Positions 49,201 to 61,485 of a DNA stretch of 64,000 bases are shown piece by piece. Every line of letters starts with the position of its first letter. The stretch's first letter is position 1. Under the pieces are notes generated by a model. The model did not search any database. It was given only the letters and a program-made list of their open reading frames with translations, and was not told the DNA's origin. The stretch is from Anthoceros angustus (Eukaryota; Plantae; Anthocerotophyta). The DNA is taken from assembly GCA_010909165.1 (NCBI GenBank), contig VJWM01000108.1:124001-188000 (forward strand), read 5' to 3'. Both the position numbers and the translations under genes were made by a program.

Positions 49201-50983
49201 GCAGGTACCCTGGGATTCCTGGTGGTGCTCCACCCACACGGCTTTGCAAGTTTGCATAGATCTGCAGATGTGAATAGGAGATCGGTGCATGAGCTTTGTG
49301 CACCACACCTAGGGCACACCTTTTCAGATGCACAGCACACTTGTCGATGCAAATGATGCATGCACACAGGTAAGCACCTGCTGTAAGCTTGAGAGGGATT
49401 GTTTGCGTCGGTCTCCTGCTGCATTTGGACAGGTTTCAACGTTCAGCACATGGAGGAACTAGACAGTGACACAAGGAGGCTAGTCCTCAAGAGCCTGTAT
49501 CCGTGCACAGTAGGTACATCGAGGTATACCTGGTTCCTAAGCCCCACAAGGTTGTTGTTCAGCACTTCAATCTGCGCCAGAGTACCAGCTGGTTGTTAGA
49601 CAGCATGACATCCCGAGTGCACACCTTGAAGAAACGCTTACACACTACGACGGCCTTGGGCAACACGGTTCGCAGAGAAAGCCCCTGCAATCCATCACCG
49701 TTGACGTACCTTTCGCGCCCGAACTTTCCGCAGAGCTTCCGTTATGTCTTCCTCCAGACGAAGAAGCTGAGCTAGCGAGGTGCACTGACGGAGTTCGTTT
49801 TCATCAAATAACCTACAGCCCCAGGGCAGACATGCCTCAGAACACTTGGCTGAAGTGCAACATGCCCTTGGAGCAGCGGTCGCTCCCAATCCCGAATCCG
49901 AGCCAGCCGAGCCCCGCTCACTCTAAGGCAGTTCCGTTGCTAGCAACGGCTCTAGAGACCACTAACCTCGCCTTTTGCTGAGCTATCTCTTTCTCCTGTG
50001 TCAGCCTTTTGATCTCATCTAGCAGCTGCAAGCCAGACGACACAAGCATAAGCGCTTCACTCTCAACCATAACACGGAGCGGAGCGAGTGAAAACGATGA
50101 CTCCAAACCTACAGCAGCAGAGCCTCTACTTACCCCTGCTGTGTCAAGGTTTCTGCTTGGCACAAACAGAAGCAGCCGACATGCAACACAAGACAACGCC
50201 CTGTCAGACCATTATCGCTTCGTTCCGCAGCGGCAGCCACAGAAACCAAGGAGAACGGTGCCAAACCTGGACTGTGGACCGCCGTCGTTCCGCTCAGCAT
50301 TCAGCTTCTTCACGGCCCGGTTCAGGTACTGCCGGAGGACAGGACAAGGCAGGGCACGCCAGTCAGTGCGATGCGCTGGCAAGGGGAGGGCCACACAACA
50401 AAAGCCAAAGCTCCGGCCGGTTCTTCGGCCAGCAAAAACGAGAACGCTCCCTACCTCAATATTCTCAATCTTCCTGCATTCACCAGCCGGCCCGTCCCGT
50501 GCAACATGCACACACAAGCGAGATCAGACTTGCGCGCAACCGCAACGAAACGCGCAGCAAAGCACACAGATCCCTTCCTACCGGAGCCTTGCTCAGCTCA
50601 CACATCCAAACAGCGCGGAACGGCAAACCAAGGACGGACCTCTTGGACCGCTCGTGCTCCGGGCAATCGGCATACCGGTTTATGATATCCTCAATCCTGC
50701 ACCTCACAAAAAGCAGCAGCGCAGCGTCCGTGAGACGAATTGGCAGCGGGAGACGGCGGATCGAAAGGAAAAAAAGCTCGGTATCGCAGATCCTCCCGCA
50801 CCGGACGTTGGAAAATTGCGTGAGCTTCCCGGAGGGAGAGAAGACAATGAGGCCGATGTCGATGCCGCACAGAACCGAAAGCTCGTGCGCCTTCTTGATG
50901 AGCCCGTTGCGGCGCTTGGAGTAGGTCACCTGGCGGTTGGTCGGGTTCTCGATCTTCTTGATCTCCAGCTTTACGCGGCCCAT
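46201..50983 (-). CDS. MIKC*-type MADS-box transcription factor, multi-exon; contains an internal tandem duplication
   Basis: [39 protein letters not shown]; RIEDIINRY; several short I-region exons; K-like [16 protein letters not shown]. Confidence 0.9.
46447..50385. repeat. ~1.97-kb tandem duplication inside the MADS gene
   Basis: GAGGGCTGTTGCTGCACTCAC at 46451 and 48422; copies differ mainly by small indels; CAAGG(GG)AGGGC microhomology. Confidence 0.92.
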
Positions 50984-51094
50984 GGCGCCCGGCCGCGGCA
51001 CCAATGCTTGCTCTTGCGAGCTCTTGCAAACGAGCAAGCTCTTGCTTACAAGAGCGGCGGCAGCGGCAAGCAGCTCTCGCAGCAGAGGCAGGCG

Positions 51095-51128
51095 GCAGCG
51101 GCAGCAGCAGCAGCAGCAGCAGCAGCAG
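51095..51128. repeat. (GCA)n microsatellite in the MADS 5' leader
   Basis: GCAGCAGCAGCAGCAGCAGCAGCAG, about 110 bp upstream of the ATG. Confidence 0.85.
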
Positions 51129-52899
51129 AACGCGCGTTCTGGGCAAGGACGGACGGCCGGGGAGGCGGGGCTGGCCTGGCACGCTGGCAGACGGGTGGAA
51201 AGAACGATGGAGTGTGAGCGAGGCGGGCCGGCCTGGGGGCCTGGTCGCAAACCCTACGGAGCGATTGCAGGAGGGCGTTGACTTACGCCCGGCGCCTGAT
51301 ACGACCGCCGGGTGGGGGCGGGGTCCGCGACCGACGGGCGCCGGGGAGGCGAGGATCCAGCCCCTCGGATGCCTGGGATCGCCTCGCGCGACCCTCATCC
51401 CTCCCGTACCACGACAATCACGGCGCCACGGTTTCGCCGCGTTTCGCCACCGGCAAATCTCTTGGGAGCCACGTCCTCCAGAAGATTCCGCTGCGCCACC
51501 CGCATGCATTGCAGCCATTACGGCGTGCCGTGCGCTATCCCCAAATCCTGTGCCCTCTGCGTTTCCGCTTTGCTTTGCTTACCGTGCCGTAATACTCTCC
51601 GATTACGCGAATGAATCGCGTTCGCGTCTCGTGAGTCGAGGAGTCGAGATCTGGACGCGAGCCGATCTTTCCATCGTTCTTGCCGGCACAATCCTGGGGC
51701 AGCCCCTGGAGGTTGTGAGACCTTCTTTGCAGCCGAAGCTGCAGGACGCGCAGCCTGTCCGTGACACAGTCTTGTTTTGCATCTTCGGTCAGCCCGGACT
51801 CCCTCGTGGAACTTCAGCGCAGCAACTTGCTTGACCCCCGATGAGGTTTGCATCGAACCTAGTGTTTCTACCCTCATACATACTCTTGGCTGTCTCGTTG
51901 TGGTGTACTTTTCTCGTTTTTTTCTGCCTTTGCTTGCCAGATCCGTGCATTAGCATTAGGCAGGGATGGAAGTACGTTTGTCATTTTGGACCAGTTTCAA
52001 GAGCTCCGAGAAAGGGATTGACGGTAGCAAGCTTGCTCTTGTTGATGGCCATTTTCTGAATTGAAGGACAAGATCTGCCTCTGCAACTGCTTTACAGGCC
52101 GCATGTTTCGTTTATTAGGTTCTGCTGCTGCAAAGTATCGGAGCAGCGGGTTTCTATGCATCCAATAGTCGAGCATATATAGATTCCTTTGGAAAGGGAA
52201 AAACATGCTCAAGGATTGTTTAGGTTTTGTGCTTCCGTCTCTGGCCTGCAAGTGCTGATTCTGACATGGCAGGTGAAAGAGGGTTTGGCCCGTCTGAAGT
52301 CTCTCACTGTCCTTGTCCTTGTGGATGCAGTTTTTAATGCACATATAGATATGTCCGTGGTACATGTTTGTTTGAGCCCGTACTCTCATGTTGCGGCCAC
52401 TGGCCACATGCTCTTAGGCGACGGCGTCCGGACTCCAGCACGCGAGCATCATTTCGCTGAGTCGGAAAGGCAGCGGATGTCCACGAATAGATGTAGAGCA
52501 TTTACGCAACTGCTTCACCGACCAAGCAACGCCATCGCCCTTTCTAGGCAAGTGGCAGGGCACCATTGGCTTCTCCCGGGATCAAATCTATTAATCCGTC
52601 TTCTACCTGGTTCTTTCCAGCAGCGTCCGCGGAACGTGTGACGATTTTGGAGAATGCTTGAGACGCCTGGGTTCCCCGGTAGAAGTGTGAAGAAACCAGA
52701 ATACCGCGATGTTTACACTTGAGAATCTGGAGGCATGGTGCCGGGTTTCAATTTCCAAATGTATGGAGAGAGCGGCAGCAGGCGATGTGACAGTCGCGTA
52801 AAGCGTTCAATGCGGGTAACCATCAGGAGGGAGACAGAGAGAGTTCCACTTTTCTGAGGGAAACAACTCCAAGCTCCACATGAACACCTCGGAAACACG

Positions 52900-53040
52900 A
52901 GCTCCACACAAACATCACAGAGGGACACACAAGGGGATGTCGTTACAAAGCTCCACACGAACATCACAAAGGGACACACAAGGGATGTCGTTACAAAGCT
53001 CCACACAAACATCACAGAGGGACACACAAGAGGATGTTGT
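52900..53040. repeat. ~48-bp tandem repeat x3
   Basis: AGCTCCACACAAACATCACAGAGGGACACACAAGGG(G)ATGTCGTTACAA. Confidence 0.9.
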
Positions 53041-53149
53041 AACGACAGGAGGACTTTAGTTCACAACATATGCTTACCACAGTCTCCTGCTTCCTACTGG
53101 AATCGATTACTACGTGCCCTTAGGCCTTCTCTAGTTGTTTTTGTAGGCC

Positions 53150-53490
53150 ATGTTGCTGCCGTAGTCCATGCAGAACAAGTGCCTCTGGGTCGAGACCTTG
53201 CTGTGCATATCCCGCAACCGGGGGCATTCGATGTCACCACATCCCTTGTGGGCAAGCTGTCAAAAAAACCCCGCGGGGCCTCTTCCAGTTCTCCACCTTT
53301 TGCATACATGGACATGTCCACAGGGGGAGTTGCCAGGAAACAAGTCAGGAGGAACGCCACTGTGCAGCATTATCAGCCTTTTCTGCCACATCCCAAGTCT
53401 GCAGCAAAGTGCCCAAGCTTGAAGGGTTGCTACGGAGACGCCAGCATCCGCCATCACACCTGGCCATTGCATTTCATGGCCCAGTTGTTT
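53150..53490 (-). pseudogene. PPR relic
   Basis: VDMSMYAKGGELEEAPRGFFDSLPTRDVVTSNA, frameshifted. Confidence 0.7.
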
Positions 53491-53647
53491 CTCATATCTA
53501 GATAGCCCAAAGTGATTTTAATTGTCTGTATCGTAAAATAACAATGTAAATAGGAGATTATACTGCAGCATATTCATATATAACAATTTCATGAACTTGA
53601 AAGTGACTTTTTGTTATCTTAACAAGGAAACAACGATGGCAAGAAGC

Positions 53648-53985
53648 CCATCCAGCAAGGGACAGCCCAGAAGGACCCGAGGGTCAAGATGAATAGGAGC
53701 GACTAAGCATCCTACCAATAACCAAGGAGGAACCCGAGGGTCAAGATAAATAGGAGCGACTAAGCATCCTACCAATAACCAAGGAGGAACCCGAGGGTCA
53801 AGATAAATAGGAGCGACTAAGCATCCTAGCGACAACCAAGGAGGACCCCGAGGGTCAAGATGAAAAGGAGCGACTAAGCACTCTACCAAAAGCTACCTCC
53901 TACTCCCAAAACAAGCACATCCAGCAAGGGACAACCAAGGAGGACCCCGAGGGTCAAGATGAAAAGGAACGACTAAGCACCCTAC
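53648..53985. repeat. ~57-bp tandem repeat, about 5 copies
   Basis: AACCAAGGAGGA(A/C)CCCGAGGGTCAAGAT.AA.AGGAGCGACTAAGCA. Confidence 0.9.
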
Positions 53986-54439
53986 CTAAAGCGCTGGCCC
54001 TTTCCTAATTCACAGCTTATTTCAGATAGCGGGTCTCAATTGCCCTTCGAAGGGCTCTCTTGGAGGCAATCCTTCACAAGGCGGTGATAGCAGATGACGC
54101 TTCTTCCTCTTCCTCCGTGATTTGCAAGCCTTTTGTTCTTCCTGCATATGATGCCATGCGTGCGGGTGTGGCATCATATGTAGTAACTTCTCAACACTTG
54201 GTATTATTATTTTTCCTCTTCTACTATGCGGTTCTTCTACCAGAGACAGATTCTCGTTATGGGGCTCACGTAAGTACACAAATGAGAAGTAGAAAATAAT
54301 GCTCTACGATTAACATGACACGGGTGGATGGATTTTCATAATGGGACTCACATTATGAGATAAGACTATTGAAAGTAAATGTGATGATTAATCTAATGTA
54401 AAGTGGTTAGATCGATGTCCATCCTTTTTTTACTAACTG

Positions 54440-55656
54440 AGAGGCCAGTACAAGGCTGAGAGAGCCCAAAGGATGAAGCGAGAGGCCAGTGCAGGGGCTG
54501 AGAGAGCCCAAAGGATGAAGCAAGAGGCCATTGCAGGGGCTGAGAGAGCCTAACTACTTAAGAAAGCCGTCGGGGAAGAAAGCTCCTATGAGAGTAGGCT
54601 AGTGACCCCAAATTGCAATGGCATGGATGCATGCCAGCGAGCTAGATCGCCTGCTGAGCACTCGAAGACCCTTGGGCCACTGATGTCCTCAGAGTATCCA
54701 TAATCTTCTTTTCAAACCCCTGGAGCCGAGAGAGGAGGACCGAAGATGGAGGCAACGTATGGGTGAGGCAAAGTGTGGGTGAGGTAACCAGGGCGCCGAA
54801 CAAAACAGGAGGAAAGAATACCGAAGGCCACATGAGCATCTCCAAGAAAAGGGAGGTCCTCGATGTGGGATAGGTCCTCCGCAAGAACCTGGTCAAGGAA
54901 GTTGTCGATGAAGTCAGGGGAGCCGAAGGGGAACCCCAAAATCTGAAGACCCAAGGCTGGAGCAATTTCCCTAGCAAGGAACTGCAAAGTGGGGAGGATC
55001 CCTTACGGGGACCAGACACGGCATTGGAGAGCTTGACATTTAAGCCCACCAAAGAGAGCTTGGCCTTGAAGCCCACCAAAGAGAGCTCATGGGAGAAGAG
55101 CTCAAAGGCCTCCTTGACCTTATCTTGAGGCCCAAAGATGTGAGAGTCGTCTGCAAGCGAAGGCCAAGGATGTGAGAGTCGTCTGCAAGCGACGGAAAGT
55201 GACCTTATCTCAAGGCCCAAGGATGTGAGAGTCATTTGCAAGTGACGGAAAGTGACCTTATCTTAAGGCCCAAGGATGTGAGAGTCGTCTGCAAGTGACG
55301 GAAAGTGACCTTATCTCGAGGCCCAAGGATGTGAGAGTCATCTGCAAGCAACGAAAAGTGACCCTATCTCGAGGCCCAAGGATGTGAGAGTCGTCTGCAA
55401 GCGGCGGAAAGTGACCTTCTCTCGAGGCCCAAGGATGTGACAGTCGTCTGCAAGCGACGGAAAGTGACCTTATCTCGAGGCCCGAGGATGTAAGAGTCGT
55501 CTACAAGCGACGGAAAGTGCCCTTATCTCGAGGCCCAAGGATGTGAGAGTCGTCTGCAAACGATGGAAAGTGACCTTATCTCGAGGCCCAAGAATGTGAG
55601 AGTCGTCTACAAGCGACGGAAAGTGACCTTATCTCGAGGCCCAAAGATGTGAGAGT
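54440..55656 (-). mobile_element. CRE-like non-LTR retrotransposon RT fragment (downstream part)
   Basis: SLADDSHIFGPQDKVKEAF...VGLNVKLS...GLQILGFPFGSPDFI...AHVAFGILSSC; continues past the LTR insertion at 63750-64000. Confidence 0.75.
55117..55656. repeat. 53-bp minisatellite (about 10 copies, left arm)
   Basis: GGCCCAAGGATGTGAGAGTCGTCTGCAAGCGACGGAAAGTGACCTTATCTCGA. Confidence 0.93.
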
Positions 55657-55822
55657 TGCCATGCCGTGTGATACTAATCTCTGCACTTGGGATTAGTGTT
55701 TGATTAGCATTAATTAATCTAATTACTTATCTTCAAGTAAGTAATTAGTGTTCATTAATCTAAGGTGCTTATGTTAATTAAGCATTGATTAGTGTTAATT
55801 AAACATGGTTAGCAATAGCTAA

Positions 55823-58630
55823 GTGGATAAGCTCAAGTAATATGCTTTGGCATATTCCTTGCATATTATAGTGTATTCTTAGGATATTTCTGGCATATGC
55901 TGATGCCAATAGGATATCTTAGGAATATGCCGATGCCAGGGTCTAGTATATATAGACCCTTCCATTGAGGACAAGCTCAGATCATAGCTTGTCCTCTAGA
56001 TATGCAATGCAAGAGCGTTGTGAGGAGGCCAAAGCTATGACTCCGAGAGCGATGTGTGAGGAATTTGCGTGTTGTTCTCGTGGGGAGAGTGTGTTTGTGC
56101 CACGACGTGCGAGCTACTCCCTCCTGTTGTTACAAGCTATGATCTCGCTTGTGTACACTAGATAGGCGTGCTAGGCGATGCTAGGCGGTGCTAGGCGAGG
56201 CTAGGCTAGGCGATGCTAGGCGTGCTAGGCGAGGCGAGGCTAGGCGATGCTAGTGTGCAGGCGAGGCTAGGCGAGGCAAGGCCAAGGAGAGGCAAGGCGA
56301 GGCGAGGCAAGGCCAAGGAGGCGAGGCTAGGCGAGGCAAGAAGCCAAGGCCAAGGAGGAGGCGGAAGCCCAAGTCCAAGGCCAGAGGAGGCGAAGAAGCC
56401 CAAGTCCAAGGCCAAGGAGAGGAGGAAGAAGCCCAAGTCCAAGGCCAAGGAGAGGAGGCGAAGCCCAAGGCCAAGGAGAGGAGGCAAGAAGCCAAGTCCA
56501 AGGCCAAGGAGAGGAGGCGAAGAAGCCCAAGTCCAAGGCCAAGGAGAGGAGAGAAGAAGCCCAAGTCCAAGGCCAAGGAGGAGGCGAAGAAGCCCAAGTC
56601 CAAGGCCAAGGAGAGGAGGCAAGCCCAAGGCCAAGGAGGAGGCAAGAAGCCCATACCAAGGAGAGGAATGAGGCTCCAAGGGGCTGGCCTTTTAAGGCCA
56701 ACCAACCAAGGAGAAACAAGAGTATTTTACTCTTGGGCCCGGATTCCAAGGGATAAGGGAAGTGGATAAGCTCAAGTAATATGCTTTGGCATATTCCTTG
56801 CATATTATAGTGTATTCTTAGGATATTTCCTGGACATATCGATGCCAATAGGATATCTTAGGAATATGCCATGCCAGGGTCTAGTATATATAGACCTTCC
56901 ATTGAGGACAAGCTCAAATCATAGCTTGTCCTCTAGATGCAATGCAAGGCGTTGTGAGGAGGCCAAAGCTATGACTCAGAGCAATGTGTGAGGAATTTGC
57001 GTGTTGTTCTCGTGGGGAGAGTGTGTTTGTGCCACGACGTGCGAGCTACTCCTCCTGTTGTTACAAGCTATGATCTCGCTTGTGTACACTAGATAGGCGT
57101 GCTAGGCGATGCTAGTGTGATGCTAGGCGAGGCTAGGCTAGGCGATGCTAGGCGTGCTAGGCGAGGCTAGGCGATGCTAGTGTGCAGGCGAGGCTAGGCG
57201 AGGCAAGGCCAAGGAGAGGCCAAGGCGAGGCGAGGCAAGGCCAGGAGGCGAGGCTAGGCGAGGCAAGAAGCCAAGGCCAAGGAGGAGGCGGCCCAAGTCC
57301 AAGGCCAGAGGAGGCGAAGAAGCCCAAGTCCAAGGCCAAGGAGAGGAGGAAGAAGCCCAAGTCCAAGGCCAAGGAGAGGAGGCGAAGCCCAAGGCCAAGG
57401 AGAGGAGGCAAGAAGCAAGTCCAAGGCCAAGGAGAGGAGGCGAAGAAGCCCAAGTCCAAGGCCAAGGAGAGGAGAGAAGAAGCCCAAGTCCAAGGCCAAG
57501 GAGGAGGCGAAGAAGCCCAAGTCCAAGGCCAAGGAGAGGAGGCAAGCCCAAGGCCAAGGAGGCAAGAAGCCCATACCAAGGAGAGGAATGAGGCTCCAAG
57601 GGGCTGGCCTTTTAAGGCCAACCAACCAAGGAGAAACAAGAGTATTTTACTCTTGGGCCCGGATTCCAAGGGATAAGGGATAAGGGATAAGCTCAAGTAA
57701 TATGCTTTGGCATATTCCTTGCATATTATAGTGTATTCTTAGGATATCTTAGGAATATGCCGATGCCAATAGGATATCTTAGGAATATGCGCCAGTATAT
57801 ATAGACCTTCCATTGAGGACAAGCTCAAATCATAGCTTGTCCTCTAGATGCAATGCAAGGCGTTGTGAGGAGGCCAAAGCTATGACTCAGAGCAATGTGT
57901 GAGGAATTTGCGTGTTGTTCTCGTGGGGAGAGTGTGTTTGTGCCACGACGTGCGAGCTACTCCCTCCTGTTGTTACAAGCTATGATCTCGTGTGTACACT
58001 AGATAGGCCGTGCTAGGCGATGCTAGTGTGATGCTAGGCGTGCTAGGCGATGCTAGGCGTGCTAGGCGTGCTAGGCGAGGCTAGGCGATGCTAGTGTGCC
58101 CAAGGCTTGAGGCTAGGGAGAGGCCAAGGCCAAGGAGAGCCCAAGTCCAAGGCTTGAGGCCTAGGAGAGGCAAGGCCAAGAAGAGGCCCAAGTCCAAGGC
58201 TGAGCAAGCCCAAGGAGGAGGAGGCGAAGCCCAAGTCCAAGGCCGAGAGGAGGCGAAGCCCAGTCCAAGGCCAAGGAGGCAAGAAGCCCGAGTCCAAGGC
58301 GAGAGAGGCGAAGAAGCCCAAGTCCAAGGCCAAGGAGAGGAGGAGAAGAAGCCCAAGTCCAAGGCCAAGGAGAGGAGGCGAAGAAGCCCAAGTCCAAGGC
58401 CAAGGAGAGAAGAAGCCCAAGTCCAAGGCCAAGGAGAGGAGGAGAAGCCCAAGTCCAAGGCCAGGAGAGGAGAAGAAGCCCAAGTCCAAGGCCAAGGAGA
58501 GGAGGCGAAGAAGCCCATACCAAGGAGAGGAATGAGGCCTCCAAGGGGTTGGCCTTTTAAGGCCAACCAACCAAGGGAGAAACAAGAGTATTTTACTCTT
58601 GGGCCCGGATTCCAAGGGATAAGGGAAGAG
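55823..58630. repeat. ~930-bp unit x3 (LTR segment plus CTAGGCG and CCAAGG low-complexity tracts)
   Basis: GGATAAGCTCAAGTAATATGC recurs near 55825, 56764 and 57685. Confidence 0.88.
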
Positions 58631-58677
58631 TGGATAGGCATGGGTATGTCATCAGTCCATTTGATTTCACTTTCTGT

Positions 58678-58742
58678 CCAAAACTCCTAGCACCCCATCC
58701 AGGTACTGATCCACCCACGGGTGCTTAACTGGAGTTCTTATG
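58678..58742 (-). other. 5S rRNA-derived segment (A-box/IE/C-box-like)
   Basis: Reverse complement TAAGAACTCCAGTTAAGCACCCGTGGGTGGATCAGTACCTGGATGGGGTGCTAGGAG compared with plant 5S CAGAACTCCGCAGTTAAGCGTGCTTGGGCGAGAGTAGTACTAGGATGGGTGACC (from memory). Confidence 0.7.
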
Positions 58743-59148
58743 TCTTTGCTATCCAACTCACCCAGCTCACATTTTTGATCATAGCCTGCAGAGTATTTGT
58801 ATGCAATTTTAACATGCATAGATACTTAGAGGTTTCACTAATCACGATCTAAGATAGCGGGTGTGTTAACCTTGATTAAGGGTTTGATCTAGCCACTAAC
58901 CGCCTGGAGTGCATGCCCGACACACTCGATCCGGACGGAGCTACCAACCAGCAAGTCCATCGAGCGAATTCAAGTCCCGACCAAGAGGAGAAGTGCGAAC
59001 ACCTCGATTTTGGTACCGAAGGGCGGAGGAACCCAGACACAATCAACAATCTTTGAAGGATCTGTGAGTGGCAACACACAAGACACGTTAGTCTTTGCCG
59101 GACAACTCGGAAGCGACAGAGGAGGACTTGTCTCTTGGAGTCGCCAAG

Positions 59149-60290
59149 ATGGGAGGAGACAAGGATCGAATGGAGTTGTTCACAGGACGAGCGGCACCTT
59201 GCCACCGGAGGACTTCATCGAGAAGTACGGTGTGCGGAGATGGAATTGAAGACCGGATACACGAAGCGATACGGCTTCATCCAAATGCCAAGTACTTGGG
59301 GATGAAGCATTGGCGTGCTATCGCGAGCACAAGGCGAGGTTGTTGAGCGCATTGGAGGACCAGTGAGTAGCAGTTCAAGCTCAAGGAACCAGGCAGACAG
59401 CAGTGGCACCGAGTGGGCACGATCCCATCAAGAGATGTTTGACATCTTCCTACCGGAGTTTCCTGCAAGCACGGATGAGAAGATCTCCGATGACACACTT
59501 CAAGATGAAGTCAGCGAGACTCGAAGATGGCTTATCAAGAATCGACCGGTTGGTACGTGACACCAAGATCATGAGTGACCGATGGCCGCAGAGAAGTACT
59601 TGCAGGCATTGCCATATACGCGCATGAAGGTGCAACAAGCGGTGCACAAGACGAAGGGCAACACTACACCCTCAAGGAAGTGTACGAGATGGTCGACAAG
59701 ATAGGGCCCGACACTTTCTCTCGTCTTTGCAAGTGATTACTCCAAAGACAAGTAGGAGTGGTGGACGACATGACCGACGCGGAGGTCGAGTGGAGGAGCT
59801 CGGCGAGACAAGCCACCCCACAGCCCAAGTGACGAGCCCTGCGTGAGGTGCCGAGGACGGACCATTCCCTCATGAGTGCGAGCATGCATTCGGAGGAGTC
59901 AAGGGTGAGGAGCCATGCCCTAGGTGGGAGGTGGGCACAATGAAGCGGCATGTTGGGAGAAGCATCCGAATTGCGGCCTACGGGTTATCGAGCAGCAACC
60001 CGGCCAATGCATCTGCGTCAACCTCATCCACAAAATCAGAAGAGCAAAGGCGCGTGGAGGAGGCGAAGTCCCGTGGACAAAAGAAACGGAAGCATCAAAG
60101 AAGACGATGGACAGCTACGTGGCACGCCTCGCAAAGCTGGAGAAGTTGGTGCGGAAGGCGAAGATCAAGGAGAGCAGCAGTTCATCATCAGAGGACGAAG
60201 AAGATGAGCACAAGCTTGGATACATGGCGATCGTGACCGGATCCAAGGGCAGGGAAGAAACCTCCGCAGCCTACGAGAGAAGATAGCAGG
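59149..60290 (+). pseudogene. Gag-like coding region with a CCHC knuckle (frameshifted)
   Basis: MGGDKDRMELFTGR...; C..(C)...GHNEAACWEKHP near 59915-59970. Confidence 0.6.
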
Positions 60291-60698
60291 AAGAAACCTC
60301 CGCAGCCTACGAGAAGATAGCTCGAGGAAGAAGAGGATGTCTTGACACCGCAGCGGAAGACACGGAAGGAAGCTTGGATCCTCTTCCCGAACCTATGCCA
60401 AGATGCCAAAGTCGTTTGAGCCATTGCCAGAGCAACTGTGGGAGCAACATCAAAGTCCAGTGGGCGATGGAGAAACCCATGCAGATTGTCGACGGAGACG
60501 ATGGCACAAAAGCTTCGGAGATGCCATGTTTCACCTACAAGACATGGGGTTGAGCGTGAAGGAAGTCGGGGTTTGACTCGGCGGATGTTGACAACCCTTG
60601 AAGACGAAGCAAGTGTCCAAGATTTGCCACAACAGTGGCAATGATGTCATTGCGACCTCGAGCCAAGCATCTCGTGGAGAAGCGGAATCTTTGCACGA

Positions 60699-61100
60699 GT
60701 GGCTTTGGTCAACAATCGGGAGAGGCACATTGAAATCAATGGATTCGCACCAAGGAGGGTGTTGATTGACACCGGAGCACAGCCGGTGATCGTTGGAAGA
60801 AGAGTGAAGGAAGCGTTGGGTCTCCACCAAGAAAGGTTGAAGGAAACCAAGTGGAAGATCCAGACCGCAGCTGGGACCACGGAGCATGTGTTGGGGGTGA
60901 CAAGGTACAAGCTGAAGGTTTCATTCAAACCAAGAACAGCAGACTTCACCTTTGTCGAGGTACACTGCTTGGTCACTGATGCAGACACATTTGATGTCTT
61001 GCTGGGAGCGGACGCTTTGTACAAACCTGGAGTCATGGTGGATTTGTGGACGGAGATGCCTACTATCGACCAGCCGGAGAAGCTGGAGCAAAACCGATGA
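60699..61100 (+). pseudogene. Retropepsin aspartic protease
   Basis: RRVLIDTGAQPVIVG ... FDVLLGAD. Confidence 0.85.
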
Positions 61101-61485
61101 ACGGATTGCCCGCATCCCTCCGCACTGGCAAGGATCATGAGAACCTCATTGCCAACAGGCTCACCCAGTGTTTGGCGCCAGAGTGAAGGACACGCCATAC
61201 GTGCTTGAACCTCTTGGCGTGTGTCTAACAACCGCAATGGACCTGATGGAGGATTTCGACGAGGAGGAGGAAGACAAGCTAGGGTTGCAACCACCCTCGG
61301 AGGAGGTTCTTCAAGTCAGCCGGACGGAGCTGGTGACTGCAGCAATGAGCCGTGCAAAAGCTGTGGAGGATGGTGCAAGAGGACCAGTGTCCTATGAGCC
61401 GGAGAACTGCTGTAAGTTCTTGCCTAGGGTTGAGCTGTTTGTGACCTAAACACCGGTCATCACATGGCGACCTCGGGAAGGCGGC

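Noticed and set aside
50009-51834. Long plus-strand ORFs (402, 278 and 276 aa)
   Set aside because: They are antisense to the MADS gene and its GC-rich leader and have no recognisable domains.
56206-58690. Lys/Arg/Pro-rich or Leu/Ser-rich ORFs resembling histone H1 or SR proteins
   Set aside because: They are open in most frames because of low-complexity repeats, and the frames are not conserved among the three copies.
58678-58742. Functional 5S rRNA gene (also considered for 11872 and 28991)
   Set aside because: Too diverged and partial, with no tandem rDNA array; treated as 5S-derived instead.
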